Shown here: positions 28,916 to 38,733 of the stretch, in pieces | Layout of the letters: each line of letters opens with the position of its first letter | Numbering within the stretch: position 1 is the stretch's first letter | Assembly: GCA_965213625.1 (NCBI GenBank) | Contig: CBDBZU010000004.1 | Coordinates: forward strand, 2,912,001-2,976,000 | Direction of reading: 5' to 3' | DNA from: a bacterium | GTDB lineage: Bacteria; UBA8248 | DNA: 64,000 nucleotides | The notes under the pieces: model-generated | Seen by the model: the letters and a program-made list of their open reading frames with translations, nothing else | Databases searched by the model: none | What the model was told of the DNA's origin: nothing | Made by a program: the position numbers and the translations under genes

Positions 28916-30337
28916 TTAGCGTCGAAATCCGTGGAGGACGGCAAAGAAAGTCCGCTCCCCGCGGTCCGTTCCGCGAACGACTTGTCCCAGGACGTTCGCG
29001 CCCGCGGGAATTTTTTTCAGCAATGCTTCGACGTCTTCGAGTTTTTCTACCGAGACGCGGATAGGCGTTTTTCCGTTTCCGGGCAGACGATAGGTCAGTT
29101 CGCGTATCACCATCCCTTCGCGCAAGCCGTCGTAATAGGCTCTACTGCCCTCTTCCACGTCGCTGATGTATACGCCGCCGTCCGTCTCCAGCTTGCCTTT
29201 CTCCTTCAGTTCATCGGTCAGGTTTTCCAGCGCCACGCCGTAATTCTTCCTGGTCTCAGGTTCATCGATTTCGCTCGGCTGCGCCTTTGCGTTAGCCGTT
29301 TCCTGCTCGGGCAGACGGACCAGCTTGACCATGAATTTTTTTCTTTCGGCGTTTCGCACGACTTCCACCGCTACGGCATCTCCCGGCGGCGTCCAGCCCA
29401 CGAGCCGCTGGAGGTGGGCCGTATCCACGACGCTCGTACCGCCGAGGCGGACGATCACGTCGCCCATGCGGATGCCCGCTCCCTCCGCCGGTCCGTCTTT
29501 CAGCAGAGAGCCCACGAGCGCGCCTTTCGCTCCGGAGAGCCCCAGCAGGTAGGCCATGTCCTGGCTCACCGGCTGAATGCTCACGCCCAGATACCCGCGC
29601 GGGAAATTTCCGCTTCTTCTCAGGTACTTGATGACGTCTTTCGCCATGTTGACGGGAATGGCGAAACCGATGCCGCTGCCGGGAGCCGGAATCGCCGTGT
29701 TGATGCCGATGACCTGTCCGTCGATATTCACCAGAGGACCGCCACTGTTGCCCCGGTTGATGGCGGCGTCCGTCTGGATGAAATGCTCATAGCGCGCGAT
29801 GCCCACGCCGCTGCGCCCGATGCCGCTCACCACGCCCACCGTGAATGTCCTGGTGATGCCGAAAGGATCGCCCACGGCTATCGACCACTGGCCCACCTTC
29901 ACCTTGTCGGAATCTCCGAGCGCCGCCACGGGCAGCTTGCGGTGCGGGTCGATCTTGATCAGCGCGAGATCGGTATAGCGATCCGTGCCAACGACTTTCG
30001 CCCAATGGGCGGATTCATCCCAAAGGCGCACGCGCAGTCTCCGCGTATTGCTGACCACGTGGTTGTTCGTGAGAATATATCCGGCCGGGTCGATGATGAC
30101 GCCCGAACCCGAGGAGAACAGCGGCATATTCGGATGAGGCGACCGGGGAGTCTGCTGGATTGTCCCCTTTTTTCTCTCTGCCCGTATGCTCACGACGGTC
30201 GGCTTCACGCTTTCCGCAATCTGCGTGAACGCCCCCTCGATTTTTCTCATGTAGTCGATGCCTACGTTAGCATTCGCAGGCGCGGCGATGCCCATGAGCA
30301 ATATGAACAGTATCGACGCAATGAAGCGATAATTCAT
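28916..30337 (-). CDS. Do/DegP (HtrA) family serine endoprotease with PDZ domains
   Basis: GSGVI, TNNHV, DLAL, QTDAAINRGNSGGPL and RGYLGV motifs; signal peptide; probable start 30337. Confidence 0.95.
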   Translation of the reverse strand: MNYRFIASILFILLMGIAAPANANVGIDYMRKIEGAFTQIAESVKPTVVSIRAERKKGTIQQTPRSPHPNMPLFSSGSGVIIDPAGYILTNNHVVSNTRRLRVRLWDESAHWAKVVGTDRYTDLALIKIDPHRKLPVAALGDSDKVKVGQWSIAVGDPFGITRTFTVGVVSGIGRSGVGIARYEHFIQTDAAINRGNSGGPLVNIDGQVIGINTAIPAPGSGIGFAIPVNMAKDVIKYLRRSGNFPRGYLGVSIQPVSQDMAYLLGLSGAKGALVGSLLKDGPAEGAGIRMGDVIVRLGGTSVVDTAHLQRLVGWTPPGDAVAVEVVRNAERKKFMVKLVRLPEQETANAKAQPSEIDEPETRKNYGVALENLTDELKEKGKLETDGGVYISDVEEGSRAYYDGLREGMVIRELTYRLPGNGKTPIRVSVEKLEDVEALLKKIPAGANVLGQVVRGTDRGERTFFAVLHGFRR

Positions 30338-30440
30338 TGAACCCTCATTTTCTCGTTTTGTAAGCGGCTTGTTAACCTGCAAGATTATACAGAGAAGCCG
30401 GGTCTTTGTAAGCGTGAGAAGTTATTTGCATCCCCTATTT

Positions 30441-30585
30441 GCTGTTGAAAACCCATCCTCGTTCGAAATTGACCACCGCCGTCATTCCGGCGAAAGCCGC
30501 AAGGGGTGTAAGGAAAAGCCCCCGTGCCCGCCCTCTCCCCTGTCACCTCCATGTGCCAAATCACGAAATCAGAACTTTTCAACAA
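30441..30585. repeat. MITE-like element with IS-type ends
   Basis: GCTGTTGAAAA ... TTTTCAACAAC about 145 bp apart, with an internal GTCATTCCGGCG REP-like motif. Confidence 0.5.
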
Positions 30586-30653
30586 CTCCCCCCCCTCTGA
30601 GGCTGTTGAAAAACCTCACCAAAGGAGCGCGGTGAATTTCACTCCCCCCTCAA

Positions 30654-32173
30654 GGGCCTGTTGAAAAACCCCCGGTATTATGATTGGGTGTAAGGACACT
30701 ATCTCGCCCGAGATGGGAGTTCCCTCGATGATAGGCAGGAAGAGGCGCGAGCAGATGGATTTGTTCGTGGCCGGTTCGCTGGATCGGCTGATCCCCGAGG
30801 ATCACGTTCTGTACCGCGTGCATGAGGTGCTGGATTTGAGTTGGCTTCGGGAGGAGGTGGCGGATTGCTATTGCGCGGACAACGGTCGTCCGGGTATCGA
30901 CCCGGAGGTGGCGGTTCGCCTGATGCTGGCGGGTCTTCTGCTGGGCTACGTTCACGACCGTCGCCTGCTTCGTGAAGCGAAGGCGCATCTGGCGATCCGG
31001 TGGTTCATCGGATACGGGCTGCACGAGGAGTTGCCGGACCATTCGAGCCTGACGCGGATTCGTCAGCGTTGGGGGGAGGCTCGGTTCCGGGCGATATTCC
31101 GCCGGACGGTGCAGGCGTGCCTGGAGGCGAATGTGGCGAAGGGGGAGGTGGTTCACGTGGACGCCTCGTTGATACGCGCGGACGTGAGCTGGGATAGTCT
31201 GGCGGCGCATCATGCGGAGAAGGTGATTCGGGAGAACCCCGTGGAGGAGAAGAGCGGGAAGAAGGGCGGAGGCCGCGGCGGCGGGGGACCGGTGAGCCGG
31301 ACAGACCCCGACGCGCGGCTCGCGCGCAAGAGCGCGCGGGCGAGGTTCGAGCCGAGCTACAAGCACCACGCGGCGGTGGACGATGAGCGGGGCGTGGTTC
31401 TCGACGTGACGGTGACGGAGGGGACGTTGAACGAGCGTGAGATGATGGCGTCCCATATAGAGGCGGTAAGCGAGTTGTCGGGCCGCGCGCCCTCGGTGGT
31501 GACGGCGGATTCGGGGTATGCGTACTCGAAGGTCTACGCGGCGTTGGAGCCTCTGGGCGTGGCGGGGGTGATACCGGCGAAGAAAGAACCCACGCAGAGC
31601 CGTGTTCCGTTGCGGCTGTTCCGCTACGACGCGCGCCACGACTTGGTGAAGTGTCCGCGCGGCAAGAAGCTTCGCCCCCGGCGGAGCGAGGAGCGGGGGC
31701 GCTACTATGGTTCGAGGACGCGTGATTGCGCGGGCTGCGCGCTCCGGGCGGATTGTCTGCCGCAGGCGCGGTCGAGCAAGGAGGTTTTGATTCCCAACGC
31801 GTATCTGGCGCTGTTGCGCGCGCGCCGGCGGCATGCGCGTTGGGGGGAGGAGGAGCGCCGGCTGTGGCGCCGGCACATGGGGCGCTCGGAGGGTTATCAC
31901 GGGGAAGCGAAGAGTTGGCACGGACTGGGGCGGGCGGTGCGTCGGGGCCTTGCGAACATGAAGATTCAGTCCTACCTGACGGCGACTGCGGTGAACCTCA
32001 AGCGGCTGGCCGCCGCTTTTGCGGCGCGTATATTCGCCCTCTGGAGGGCCTACGCCGCCCGGAGACGCCGTCTGCGCGTTCATCGCGCCCTCGCGCGCTG
32101 ATTGGGATCCCTCCCCGCCGCCGCGTGAACCGCCAGAACACCCGCTTCAAAAAAGGGGTTTTTCAACAGACCC
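30654..32173 (+). mobile_element. IS1182-family insertion sequence
   Basis: Terminal inverted repeats GGGCCTGTTGAAAAACCCC / GGGGTTTTTCAACAGACCC (1 mismatch) flanking a single transposase; GC visibly higher than surroundings. Confidence 0.9.
30728..32101 (+). CDS. IS1182-family DDE transposase
   Basis: LIPEDH, GRPGIDP, PDHSSL, VDAS, TADSGY, CxxC and R..SE...GEAK..HGLGRA..RGL motifs. Confidence 0.9.
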   Translation: MIGRKRREQMDLFVAGSLDRLIPEDHVLYRVHEVLDLSWLREEVADCYCADNGRPGIDPEVAVRLMLAGLLLGYVHDRRLLREAKAHLAIRWFIGYGLHEELPDHSSLTRIRQRWGEARFRAIFRRTVQACLEANVAKGEVVHVDASLIRADVSWDSLAAHHAEKVIRENPVEEKSGKKGGGRGGGGPVSRTDPDARLARKSARARFEPSYKHHAAVDDERGVVLDVTVTEGTLNEREMMASHIEAVSELSGRAPSVVTADSGYAYSKVYAALEPLGVAGVIPAKKEPTQSRVPLRLFRYDARHDLVKCPRGKKLRPRRSEERGRYYGSRTRDCAGCALRADCLPQARSSKEVLIPNAYLALLRARRRHARWGEEERRLWRRHMGRSEGYHGEAKSWHGLGRAVRRGLANMKIQSYLTATAVNLKRLAAAFAARIFALWRAYAARRRRLRVHRALAR

Positions 32174-32296
32174 TTGAGGGGGGAGTGGTTGTTAGGGGGC
32201 TCTGCAAGGGGAGAATGGTTTGACGCGACCGTAAGGGCCTTTTCAACAACTCTCCCAATGTCGGCGAAATATTCGTCCCATCCATCGCTTTACTGC

Positions 32297-32755
32297 TCAC
32301 CTAACCTCGAGAATCACCTCGAGCTCTACTGGCGCTCCTAATGGCAACTCCGCCACGCCCACCGCCACTCTGGCGTGCAAACCCTTGTCCCCGAAAATCT
32401 CGGCGGCCAGATTTGACGCCCCGTTCACGACAAGCGGTTGAGCCGTGAAATCGGGCGCAACGGCAACGTAACCCGTCATTCGCACGATTCTCTCCACGCG
32501 CTCCAGATCGCCCAGAGCCGCTTTCGCCTGTGCGATGGCGTTCAGAAAACAGAGTGCGGCGCATTCCTGGCCCTGCTCGATGGAGACGTCGAGCGGCACT
32601 TTCCCCTCGTAAATCATCGCCCCGTCCTTGATGGGAATCTGGCCCGAGATGAACATCAAGGACCCGGATATGACGAATGGCACATACGCCCCGACGGGCG
32701 CAGGCGCATCGGGCAATTCGATACCCAGTTCATTCATTCGCTCGGCGATGCTCAT
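32297..32755 (-). CDS. RidA/YjgF family protein
   Basis: PVGAYVP, ISGQIP, VNGAS and HARVAVGVAELPLGAPVELE; start at ATGA overlap with mobA. Confidence 0.9.
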   Translation of the reverse strand: MSIAERMNELGIELPDAPAPVGAYVPFVISGSLMFISGQIPIKDGAMIYEGKVPLDVSIEQGQECAALCFLNAIAQAKAALGDLERVERIVRMTGYVAVAPDFTAQPLVVNGASNLAAEIFGDKGLHARVAVGVAELPLGAPVELEVILEVR

Positions 32756-33375
32756 TTCGGCTCTCCCCTCATCGAGATGGTTTTTATTTTTTCGAATTCT
32801 TCCGGTGTATTCGCGTTCAGAAATGACGCCCCCTCGGGGTCCCACATCCTCCAGATCGCCTCCTCCACCCGCCTCACGCGCACTTGCTCGTGAAACCCTA
32901 TCATCTTGAGACGCCCCGCCGAAATGGATTGCTCGATAGAAAGCTCGCATTTTTTTCCGTAAATCGCGCAAAGCGGCTCGGGGTAATCGTCCTTGACGGG
33001 TATCACCACGTCCAAATCCTCCACCATCGAGGCAAGGCCGCGTATGAGAGCGGGCCGCAGCAGCGGCATGTCGCATCCCGCCACGAAGACGTGCGAGCTT
33101 TCCGCGCTCGCCACGGCGGTATGAAGACCGCCCAGCGAGTCGTTGCCGGGATGAATGTCCCCCACCACGTCGAGCCCCATCCGCTCATATTGTTCTTTCT
33201 CGTTCGCGATAATGAGGAGTTCAGAAAAAACCTCGCCGAGGGTGTCCGCGATGCGCCTGATGACGGGGACCCCGCCAATCTCCAGCATGGATTTGTCTTG
33301 TCCCATGCGGCGGCTTCTGCCGCCTGCCAGGATGGCGGCGGAAAACGGCAGTCTCCCCCTCCCTTCGGTGTTCAT
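32752..33375 (-). CDS. mobA: molybdenum cofactor guanylyltransferase
   Basis: ILAGGRSRRMGQDK, GCDMP, EPLCAIY and NANTPEE motifs. Confidence 0.9.
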   Translation of the reverse strand: MNTEGRGRLPFSAAILAGGRSRRMGQDKSMLEIGGVPVIRRIADTLGEVFSELLIIANEKEQYERMGLDVVGDIHPGNDSLGGLHTAVASAESSHVFVAGCDMPLLRPALIRGLASMVEDLDVVIPVKDDYPEPLCAIYGKKCELSIEQSISAGRLKMIGFHEQVRVRRVEEAIWRMWDPEGASFLNANTPEEFEKIKTISMRGEPK

Positions 33376-33418
33376 GCGCAATGCCCCGGGAGGAGGCGAT
33401 AGTCAGGAAGCTGTTTGT

Positions 33419-34690
33419 TCAGGAGTGCACCCGTTCCGGGGTAGCCGCCTCGATGTGCTCGGGTTTTTCTGAGGGCGTCTCCCCCAGCAAAATGACCTGC
33501 ACGCGGCTGCCGGCGGCGAGTTCGGTCTCATATTCGGGGAATACGACGAGGGCGTTCGCCCGCACCATGGAATGCAGGATGTTGGAGCCTTGGGCCTCGA
33601 TGGCCTGAACGATAAATTCCTCCCCGTCCCGGTAGACGATGGAGCGAACGTAGTGGCGCCGCTCGGGCGATTTCGTGAGCGGGTGCAAGAGGCGCGCCGC
33701 CACGCTGGCGCGGAACAGGTTTTCATGGCCCTGCATCTTCAGCAGCGATGGCCGCACAAAGAGCTCGAAGCTGACCATCGTGGAGACGGGATTCCCCGGC
33801 AGGCCGAACACGGGCTTACCGTTCAGGACGCCGAACGCCATCGGTTTGCCCGGCTTCATGCGCACGCGCCAGAATCGCATGTCGTTTCCCAGCCCGCCCA
33901 GCGTGGACTTTACGAGATCGAAATCTCCCACCGACACGCCGCCGCTCGTGATAAGCAAATCCGCGGCCAGGCCGTCGTTGATGTGGCGGGTCAGGTCTTC
34001 GGCGTTGTCGCGGGCAATGCCCAGGAGAATCGGATCTCCACCGGCTTCTTGCACCTGTGCGGCGAGAGCGTAGGAATTGGAGTTGAATATCTGTCCCACG
34101 CCGGGGGCGTCGCCCAGGTCGACAAGTTCCTCTCCCGTCGCCAGGATGGCCACTTTTGGTTTTTGATAGACGTACACCCTCGCCCGGCCGATGTTCGCCA
34201 GCATCCCTGCGGAAGCAGGACCCAGGCGGGTGCCGTGCGATAAAACTGTCTCACCGGGCTTCACGTCCTCCCCGGCCAGGCGGATGGCCTCTCCTTCGCG
34301 CACGGCGAGGAATATCTGGACTTCCTCCTCGGAGATTCTCTCCGTCTCCTCGACCAGCACGACGGCGTCCGCACCGTCCGGGATGGGCGCGCCCGTCATG
34401 ATCTTGATGGCCTCGCCAGGACCCAGCGTGCGGCTCGCCATGACGCCGGCCTGAATCTCCTCGACCACCCTGAGCGTTTTGGGCGTCTCCCTGCTCGCGC
34501 CCGTCACGTCTTCCGCGCGCAGGGCGTAGCCGTCCATGGCCGAGTTGTTCCATGGCGGAACGGGCCGTGAGGATTGGACGTCTTCGGCCAGCACCCTGCC
34601 CGGGCAATCGAGCAGGCCCACCCGCGCGCGCCCCATCGGGTGTATCATCTCGAGTATCGTTTGTTGGGCGTCTTCCACGCTGATCATCAA
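33419..34690 (-). CDS. moeA: molybdopterin molybdotransferase (gephyrin-like)
   Basis: SAMDGYA, IMTGAPIP, TGEEL, TSGGVSVGDFD, KPGKP and GLPGNPVS motifs. Confidence 0.95.
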   Translation of the reverse strand: MMISVEDAQQTILEMIHPMGRARVGLLDCPGRVLAEDVQSSRPVPPWNNSAMDGYALRAEDVTGASRETPKTLRVVEEIQAGVMASRTLGPGEAIKIMTGAPIPDGADAVVLVEETERISEEEVQIFLAVREGEAIRLAGEDVKPGETVLSHGTRLGPASAGMLANIGRARVYVYQKPKVAILATGEELVDLGDAPGVGQIFNSNSYALAAQVQEAGGDPILLGIARDNAEDLTRHINDGLAADLLITSGGVSVGDFDLVKSTLGGLGNDMRFWRVRMKPGKPMAFGVLNGKPVFGLPGNPVSTMVSFELFVRPSLLKMQGHENLFRASVAARLLHPLTKSPERRHYVRSIVYRDGEEFIVQAIEAQGSNILHSMVRANALVVFPEYETELAAGSRVQVILLGETPSEKPEHIEAATPERVHS

Positions 34691-34832
34691 AGGCTCCAGT
34701 TTCTTTGAATCCCGCTCTCTCCATTCCGGACGCCGCTATTATAACCGACGCCCGTGAGGGAACAAGCCGAAGGCCGCTTCGGGAGGCGGGCACGGGATTG
34801 CGAATTTCAGACATTTTCATTAGAAATGCCCT

Positions 34833-35276
34833 ATGCCCAAAGACCAGTACAACTACAAGAGTGAAATGCGCGTGCGTTTTGGGGAAACCGACCTCCAGGG
34901 CGTGGTGTTCAACGCCAACTACCTCCTCTACGTCGACACCGCGCAGATGGACTACCTCCGCACCATCGGCGTCCCATACTTCGACATGCTCGAGCGGGGG
35001 TACGACATCGTCATCGTCGACGCCTCTGTGCAGTTTCTCGCGCCCGCTCATTTCGACGAGGTTCTCGAAGTCTACGCGCGCATCTATGAAATCGGGAACT
35101 CGAGCATCAGGATGGATTATGAGATCTACGAGGCCGAAACGGAGCGCTTCGTCGCCAGGGCGCAGACGGCCTACGTCATCATCGATAAGGACTCACAGAA
35201 GCCCGTCCGCGTGCCTCCCTACATTCGCCGCGCCGTCAGGGACTTCGAATCGAGAGAAGATATTGAAGAAACGTAA
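34833..35276 (+). CDS. acyl-CoA thioesterase, 4HBT/YbgC family
   Basis: RVRFGETDLQGVVFNANY hot-dog fold motif. Confidence 0.85.
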   Translation: MPKDQYNYKSEMRVRFGETDLQGVVFNANYLLYVDTAQMDYLRTIGVPYFDMLERGYDIVIVDASVQFLAPAHFDEVLEVYARIYEIGNSSIRMDYEIYEAETERFVARAQTAYVIIDKDSQKPVRVPPYIRRAVRDFESREDIEET

Positions 35277-35535
35277 ACGCAACTGATTTTCCGCTTCATA
35301 CGGCGCGGATAATGCAATTACCTCCATTTTCCGGCCCATGGGCGAAAATCGAATCGTTGAGAAGCGCGCTGCTTCATGATAAAATAACAAAATCGATACC
35401 TGCTGTGAAAGATTGTTTTTTGAGACGTTCCGCCGTTGATAAGAGTGGTGAAATCGTTTTTTCAGTCATCAACCGATGATGGAATCGTTTTCGCTGTAAC
35501 AGGCACAACATTCCGCAGCACAAAAAGGAGGGAAT

Positions 35536-36540
35536 ATGATGAAATCGCTGAAAGCATCGAGATGCGCTATTCCGTTCCTCACCCTCGCGCTGACTTTGTT
35601 CATTGTCGTTGCGCTGGGGACCACACAGGCTCTTGCTGCATGGAAGCCGACGCGGCCGATCGAGTTCGTCATCATGGCGGGTAAAGGAGGTGGCGCGGAC
35701 CGCATCGCCCGCCTCATGCAGAAAATCGTCACCCAGAACAAATGGTCGCCGCAGCCACTGGTGCCAATCAACAAAAAAGGCGGTTCAGGCGCCGAGGCGA
35801 TGCTCTACCTGCTCTCGAAAAAAGGAAATCCCCACGTCATTCTCGTGACGCTCAACAGCTTCTTCACCACCCCGGCCCTGCGGAAACTGCCGGTGAACTA
35901 CACGAAACTCACACCGGTCTACCGCTTGGCCATGGATACGTTCCTGCTCTGGGTCAACACGAAATCGGGAATCAAGAACATGGATGATTTCGTGAAGGCC
36001 GTGAAAGCCAAAAAGGGCAAGTGGACCATGGGCGGCACGGGCAAAATGCAGGAAGACCAGCTCGTCACCAATATGCTCATGCAGGCCTACGGCCTGAAAG
36101 GCATGATCACTTATGTGCCGTTCCGTGGCGGCGGCACCGTGGCGAAAAACCTGGCCGGCGGACACGTCGACTCGACGGTGAACAACCCCTCCGAGGGTCT
36201 GCCGCACTATCCCGGCAAAATGAGGCCGATAGCCGCGCTGACGCCTGAGCGGATCCCTGCTTTCAAGGAGGTTCCCACTTTCAAAGAAATGGGCCAGCCG
36301 CAACTCGTGTATTTCATGCAGCGCAGCATCACCGCGCCCGGTGGCATCCCCAAGGATGCCCTGAAATGGTATAGCGATTTATTCGCCAAGTTGTGCGCTT
36401 CCGGGGAATGGAAAACCTATACGGAGAAGAAGGCGCTGAATCGCGCTTGTCTGACTGGCGCCCCGCTGGGCAAATTCTTCGCCTCCGAGGACACAAAGCA
36501 CAAGAAGCTGCTCATGGGTATGGGTTTGCTGAAGAATTAG
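35536..36540 (+). CDS. tripartite tricarboxylate transporter substrate-binding protein (TctC/Bug)
   Basis: Signal peptide; GGGADRIAR, NKKGGSG and VPFRGGG motifs. Confidence 0.9.
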   Translation: MMKSLKASRCAIPFLTLALTLFIVVALGTTQALAAWKPTRPIEFVIMAGKGGGADRIARLMQKIVTQNKWSPQPLVPINKKGGSGAEAMLYLLSKKGNPHVILVTLNSFFTTPALRKLPVNYTKLTPVYRLAMDTFLLWVNTKSGIKNMDDFVKAVKAKKGKWTMGGTGKMQEDQLVTNMLMQAYGLKGMITYVPFRGGGTVAKNLAGGHVDSTVNNPSEGLPHYPGKMRPIAALTPERIPAFKEVPTFKEMGQPQLVYFMQRSITAPGGIPKDALKWYSDLFAKLCASGEWKTYTEKKALNRACLTGAPLGKFFASEDTKHKKLLMGMGLLKN

Positions 36541-36557
36541 CTTGGAGAAGAATTTAG

Positions 36558-37049
36558 ATGCAACGGGCGGATAGGATTGTCGCCATCGGGCTGATTCTCG
36601 TCAGTCTCGGCGTCGCCTGGAAATCTACGGAACTACCAGTCGGCATTCTACCGAAAGAAGGGCCAGGAGGGGGATTCCTCCCCTTCTGGCTCTCTTTGGG
36701 AATCGCCGTCGTGTCGTTGATGGTATTGATTCAGTCGCTGGTTTCCGCGCGCCGGGATGAATCATCCGCCAGTGGCGAAGGGGTATTCATGAGCCGGGAG
36801 GGTCTGGGCGACCTGTTGCGAGTCGGCCTGCCCGGAATGATCATGATTCTCTTGATCGGCATCATCTCGGTGTATTTCTCGGCGGCTCTTTTCATCTTTT
36901 ATTGTTTGTTCCTGGTCGGGGGGCACAACCTTAAAACGAGTTTCGGCGTATCCATAGGCGTCCCGGTCGTGGTCTATTATATTTTTGAGAAATTCCTGAT
37001 TATCCCTTTACCGAAGGGGTATGCGGAGTATCTGTTTTACTGGAACTGA
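36558..37049 (+). CDS. tripartite tricarboxylate transporter TctB family protein
   Basis: GPGGGFLP and F...L.IPLPKG motifs; about 4-5 TM; between tctC and tctA homologues. Confidence 0.85.
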   Translation: MQRADRIVAIGLILVSLGVAWKSTELPVGILPKEGPGGGFLPFWLSLGIAVVSLMVLIQSLVSARRDESSASGEGVFMSREGLGDLLRVGLPGMIMILLIGIISVYFSAALFIFYCLFLVGGHNLKTSFGVSIGVPVVVYYIFEKFLIIPLPKGYAEYLFYWN

Positions 37050-37130
37050 TTATTCACCGTTTCCTTTGCCCATCGTTTAGGAAAATTACTGTAACCGTGG
37101 GGGCAAGGTTCGTCCTAAGGGCCGAATACA

Positions 37131-38657
37131 TTGGAGATTCTCGGTAATCTATTCTACGGGCTGGGTATTGCACTCTCGCCTCAGAATCTGTTGATGGCGC
37201 TGTTCGGCGTCGTCCTGGGCGTTGCGATTGGCGCGATGCCCGGACTGGGTTCCGTGAACGGCGTCGCCATCCTGTTGCCGATTACGTTTGCGGTACCCCC
37301 GACAAGCGCCATTATTTTCCTGGCCGCCATCTACTACGGAGCCATGTACGGCGGCGCCATCAGTTCGATCACCTTGAACATACCGGGTGCGTCCACGGCC
37401 GTTGCGACCACTTTCGACGGCTACCCGCTGGCGAGAAGGGGGAAAGCCGCCGATGCCCTTGTGACGGCCGCGGTGGCCAGTTTCATCGGCGGGACGATAT
37501 CCATCGTCCTCTTCACTTTCTTCGCCCCGCCCCTTGCCGAGTTCGCCTTGCGCTTCGGCCCGCCCGAAGAATTCGCCGTCGTGCTCCTGGCGTACGCGAC
37601 CTTCGCGGGACTGGGCGGGGAAAGCCCCCTCAAAACCATTATCGCCACCATGATCGGCCTGCTCATGTCCACCGTGGGCACCGACATCGTAAGCGGCTCG
37701 CCCCGCCTGATCTTCGGCGGCATTACGGGTTTCTATCACGGCATCAATTTCCTCGTGCTGGCCATCGGCATCTACGGGGTCGGCGAGATTTTCTACACCC
37801 TCGAAGAAGGGTTCAAGACGAAAGAGAGGTACCAGGCGAAACTCGGCATCAAAGAAATCTTCGCAACACTCAAGAACCTCACGCAATACTCCCCCACCAT
37901 TTTGCGAGGCTCTTTTCTGGGATTTTTCGTCGGCATGCTCCCCGCCGCGGGCGCCACGCCCGCGAGTTTCATGAGCTACAGCATCGCAAAGAGGTTTGCG
38001 AAAAACCCGGAAGAATTCGGCAAGGGCACCATCGAAGGCGTCGCCGCGCCCGAGTGCGCCAACAACGCGGCGAGCACTGGCTCCATGCTCCCTATGCTGA
38101 CGCTTGGGATTCCGGGCTCCCCGACCACCGCTGTGATGCTCGGCGCCTTGTTCGTGTGGGGGCTCGTGCCGGGTCCCCGGCTGTTCGTCGAAAACGCAGA
38201 TTTCGTCTGGGGACTTACGGGGAGCCTCTACATCGCGAACACGATGGCGGTCATCGTCGCGATTTTCGCCGTTCCCCTCTTCATCTGGATGCTCAGAATG
38301 CCCATGACGATTCTTGCGCCGATCATCCTGGTCGTCTGCGCGGTGGGCGGTTTCTCGCCGACGCAGGATATGTTCGACGTGTATCTGATGTTCATCTTCG
38401 GCGCTGTCGGCTATATATTCCGCAAGCTGGATTATCCCCTCGCCCCGATGGTGCTGGCGCTGGTTCTGGGAGGTTTGACGGAGCGCACCTTCCGCCAGAG
38501 CATGATCATGAGTCACGGGAGCCCCGGAATCTTTTTCGACTTCGCAGGCCACCCGATAGCCGCGGCTTTGATGATGCTATCCGTCGTCCTGTTCGTCCTG
38601 CCGCTTCTGCCGATGCTTTTCAAATTCAGGGTTTCCCGGGCAGGCACTTCATCCTGA
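37131..38657 (+). CDS. tripartite tricarboxylate transporter permease (TctA)
   Basis: GAMPGLG, YYGAMYGG, DGYPLA, PECANNA and LTLGIPG motifs. Confidence 0.95.
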   Translation: MEILGNLFYGLGIALSPQNLLMALFGVVLGVAIGAMPGLGSVNGVAILLPITFAVPPTSAIIFLAAIYYGAMYGGAISSITLNIPGASTAVATTFDGYPLARRGKAADALVTAAVASFIGGTISIVLFTFFAPPLAEFALRFGPPEEFAVVLLAYATFAGLGGESPLKTIIATMIGLLMSTVGTDIVSGSPRLIFGGITGFYHGINFLVLAIGIYGVGEIFYTLEEGFKTKERYQAKLGIKEIFATLKNLTQYSPTILRGSFLGFFVGMLPAAGATPASFMSYSIAKRFAKNPEEFGKGTIEGVAAPECANNAASTGSMLPMLTLGIPGSPTTAVMLGALFVWGLVPGPRLFVENADFVWGLTGSLYIANTMAVIVAIFAVPLFIWMLRMPMTILAPIILVVCAVGGFSPTQDMFDVYLMFIFGAVGYIFRKLDYPLAPMVLALVLGGLTERTFRQSMIMSHGSPGIFFDFAGHPIAAALMMLSVVLFVLPLLPMLFKFRVSRAGTSS

Positions 38658-38733
38658 CCGGGTGAGGTTTCGCGCCGGAGGCATTCTTTAGGGAAAGCGT
38701 GCTCCGTCCGTCGGGCTTCAGGGAAATGGCGCT

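Noticed and set aside
27796-28944. DUF3179 pseudogene or two separate genes
   Set aside because: A single TGA falls exactly at the expected Cys of a CxxC motif with no other lesions, so Sec readthrough is more parsimonious.
37149-38552. Long antisense ORFs (also 27769..29064, 28877..30340, 30650..32083, 22569..23513)
   Set aside because: These are shadow frames opposite well-supported genes in GC-rich DNA, with no recognisable motifs.
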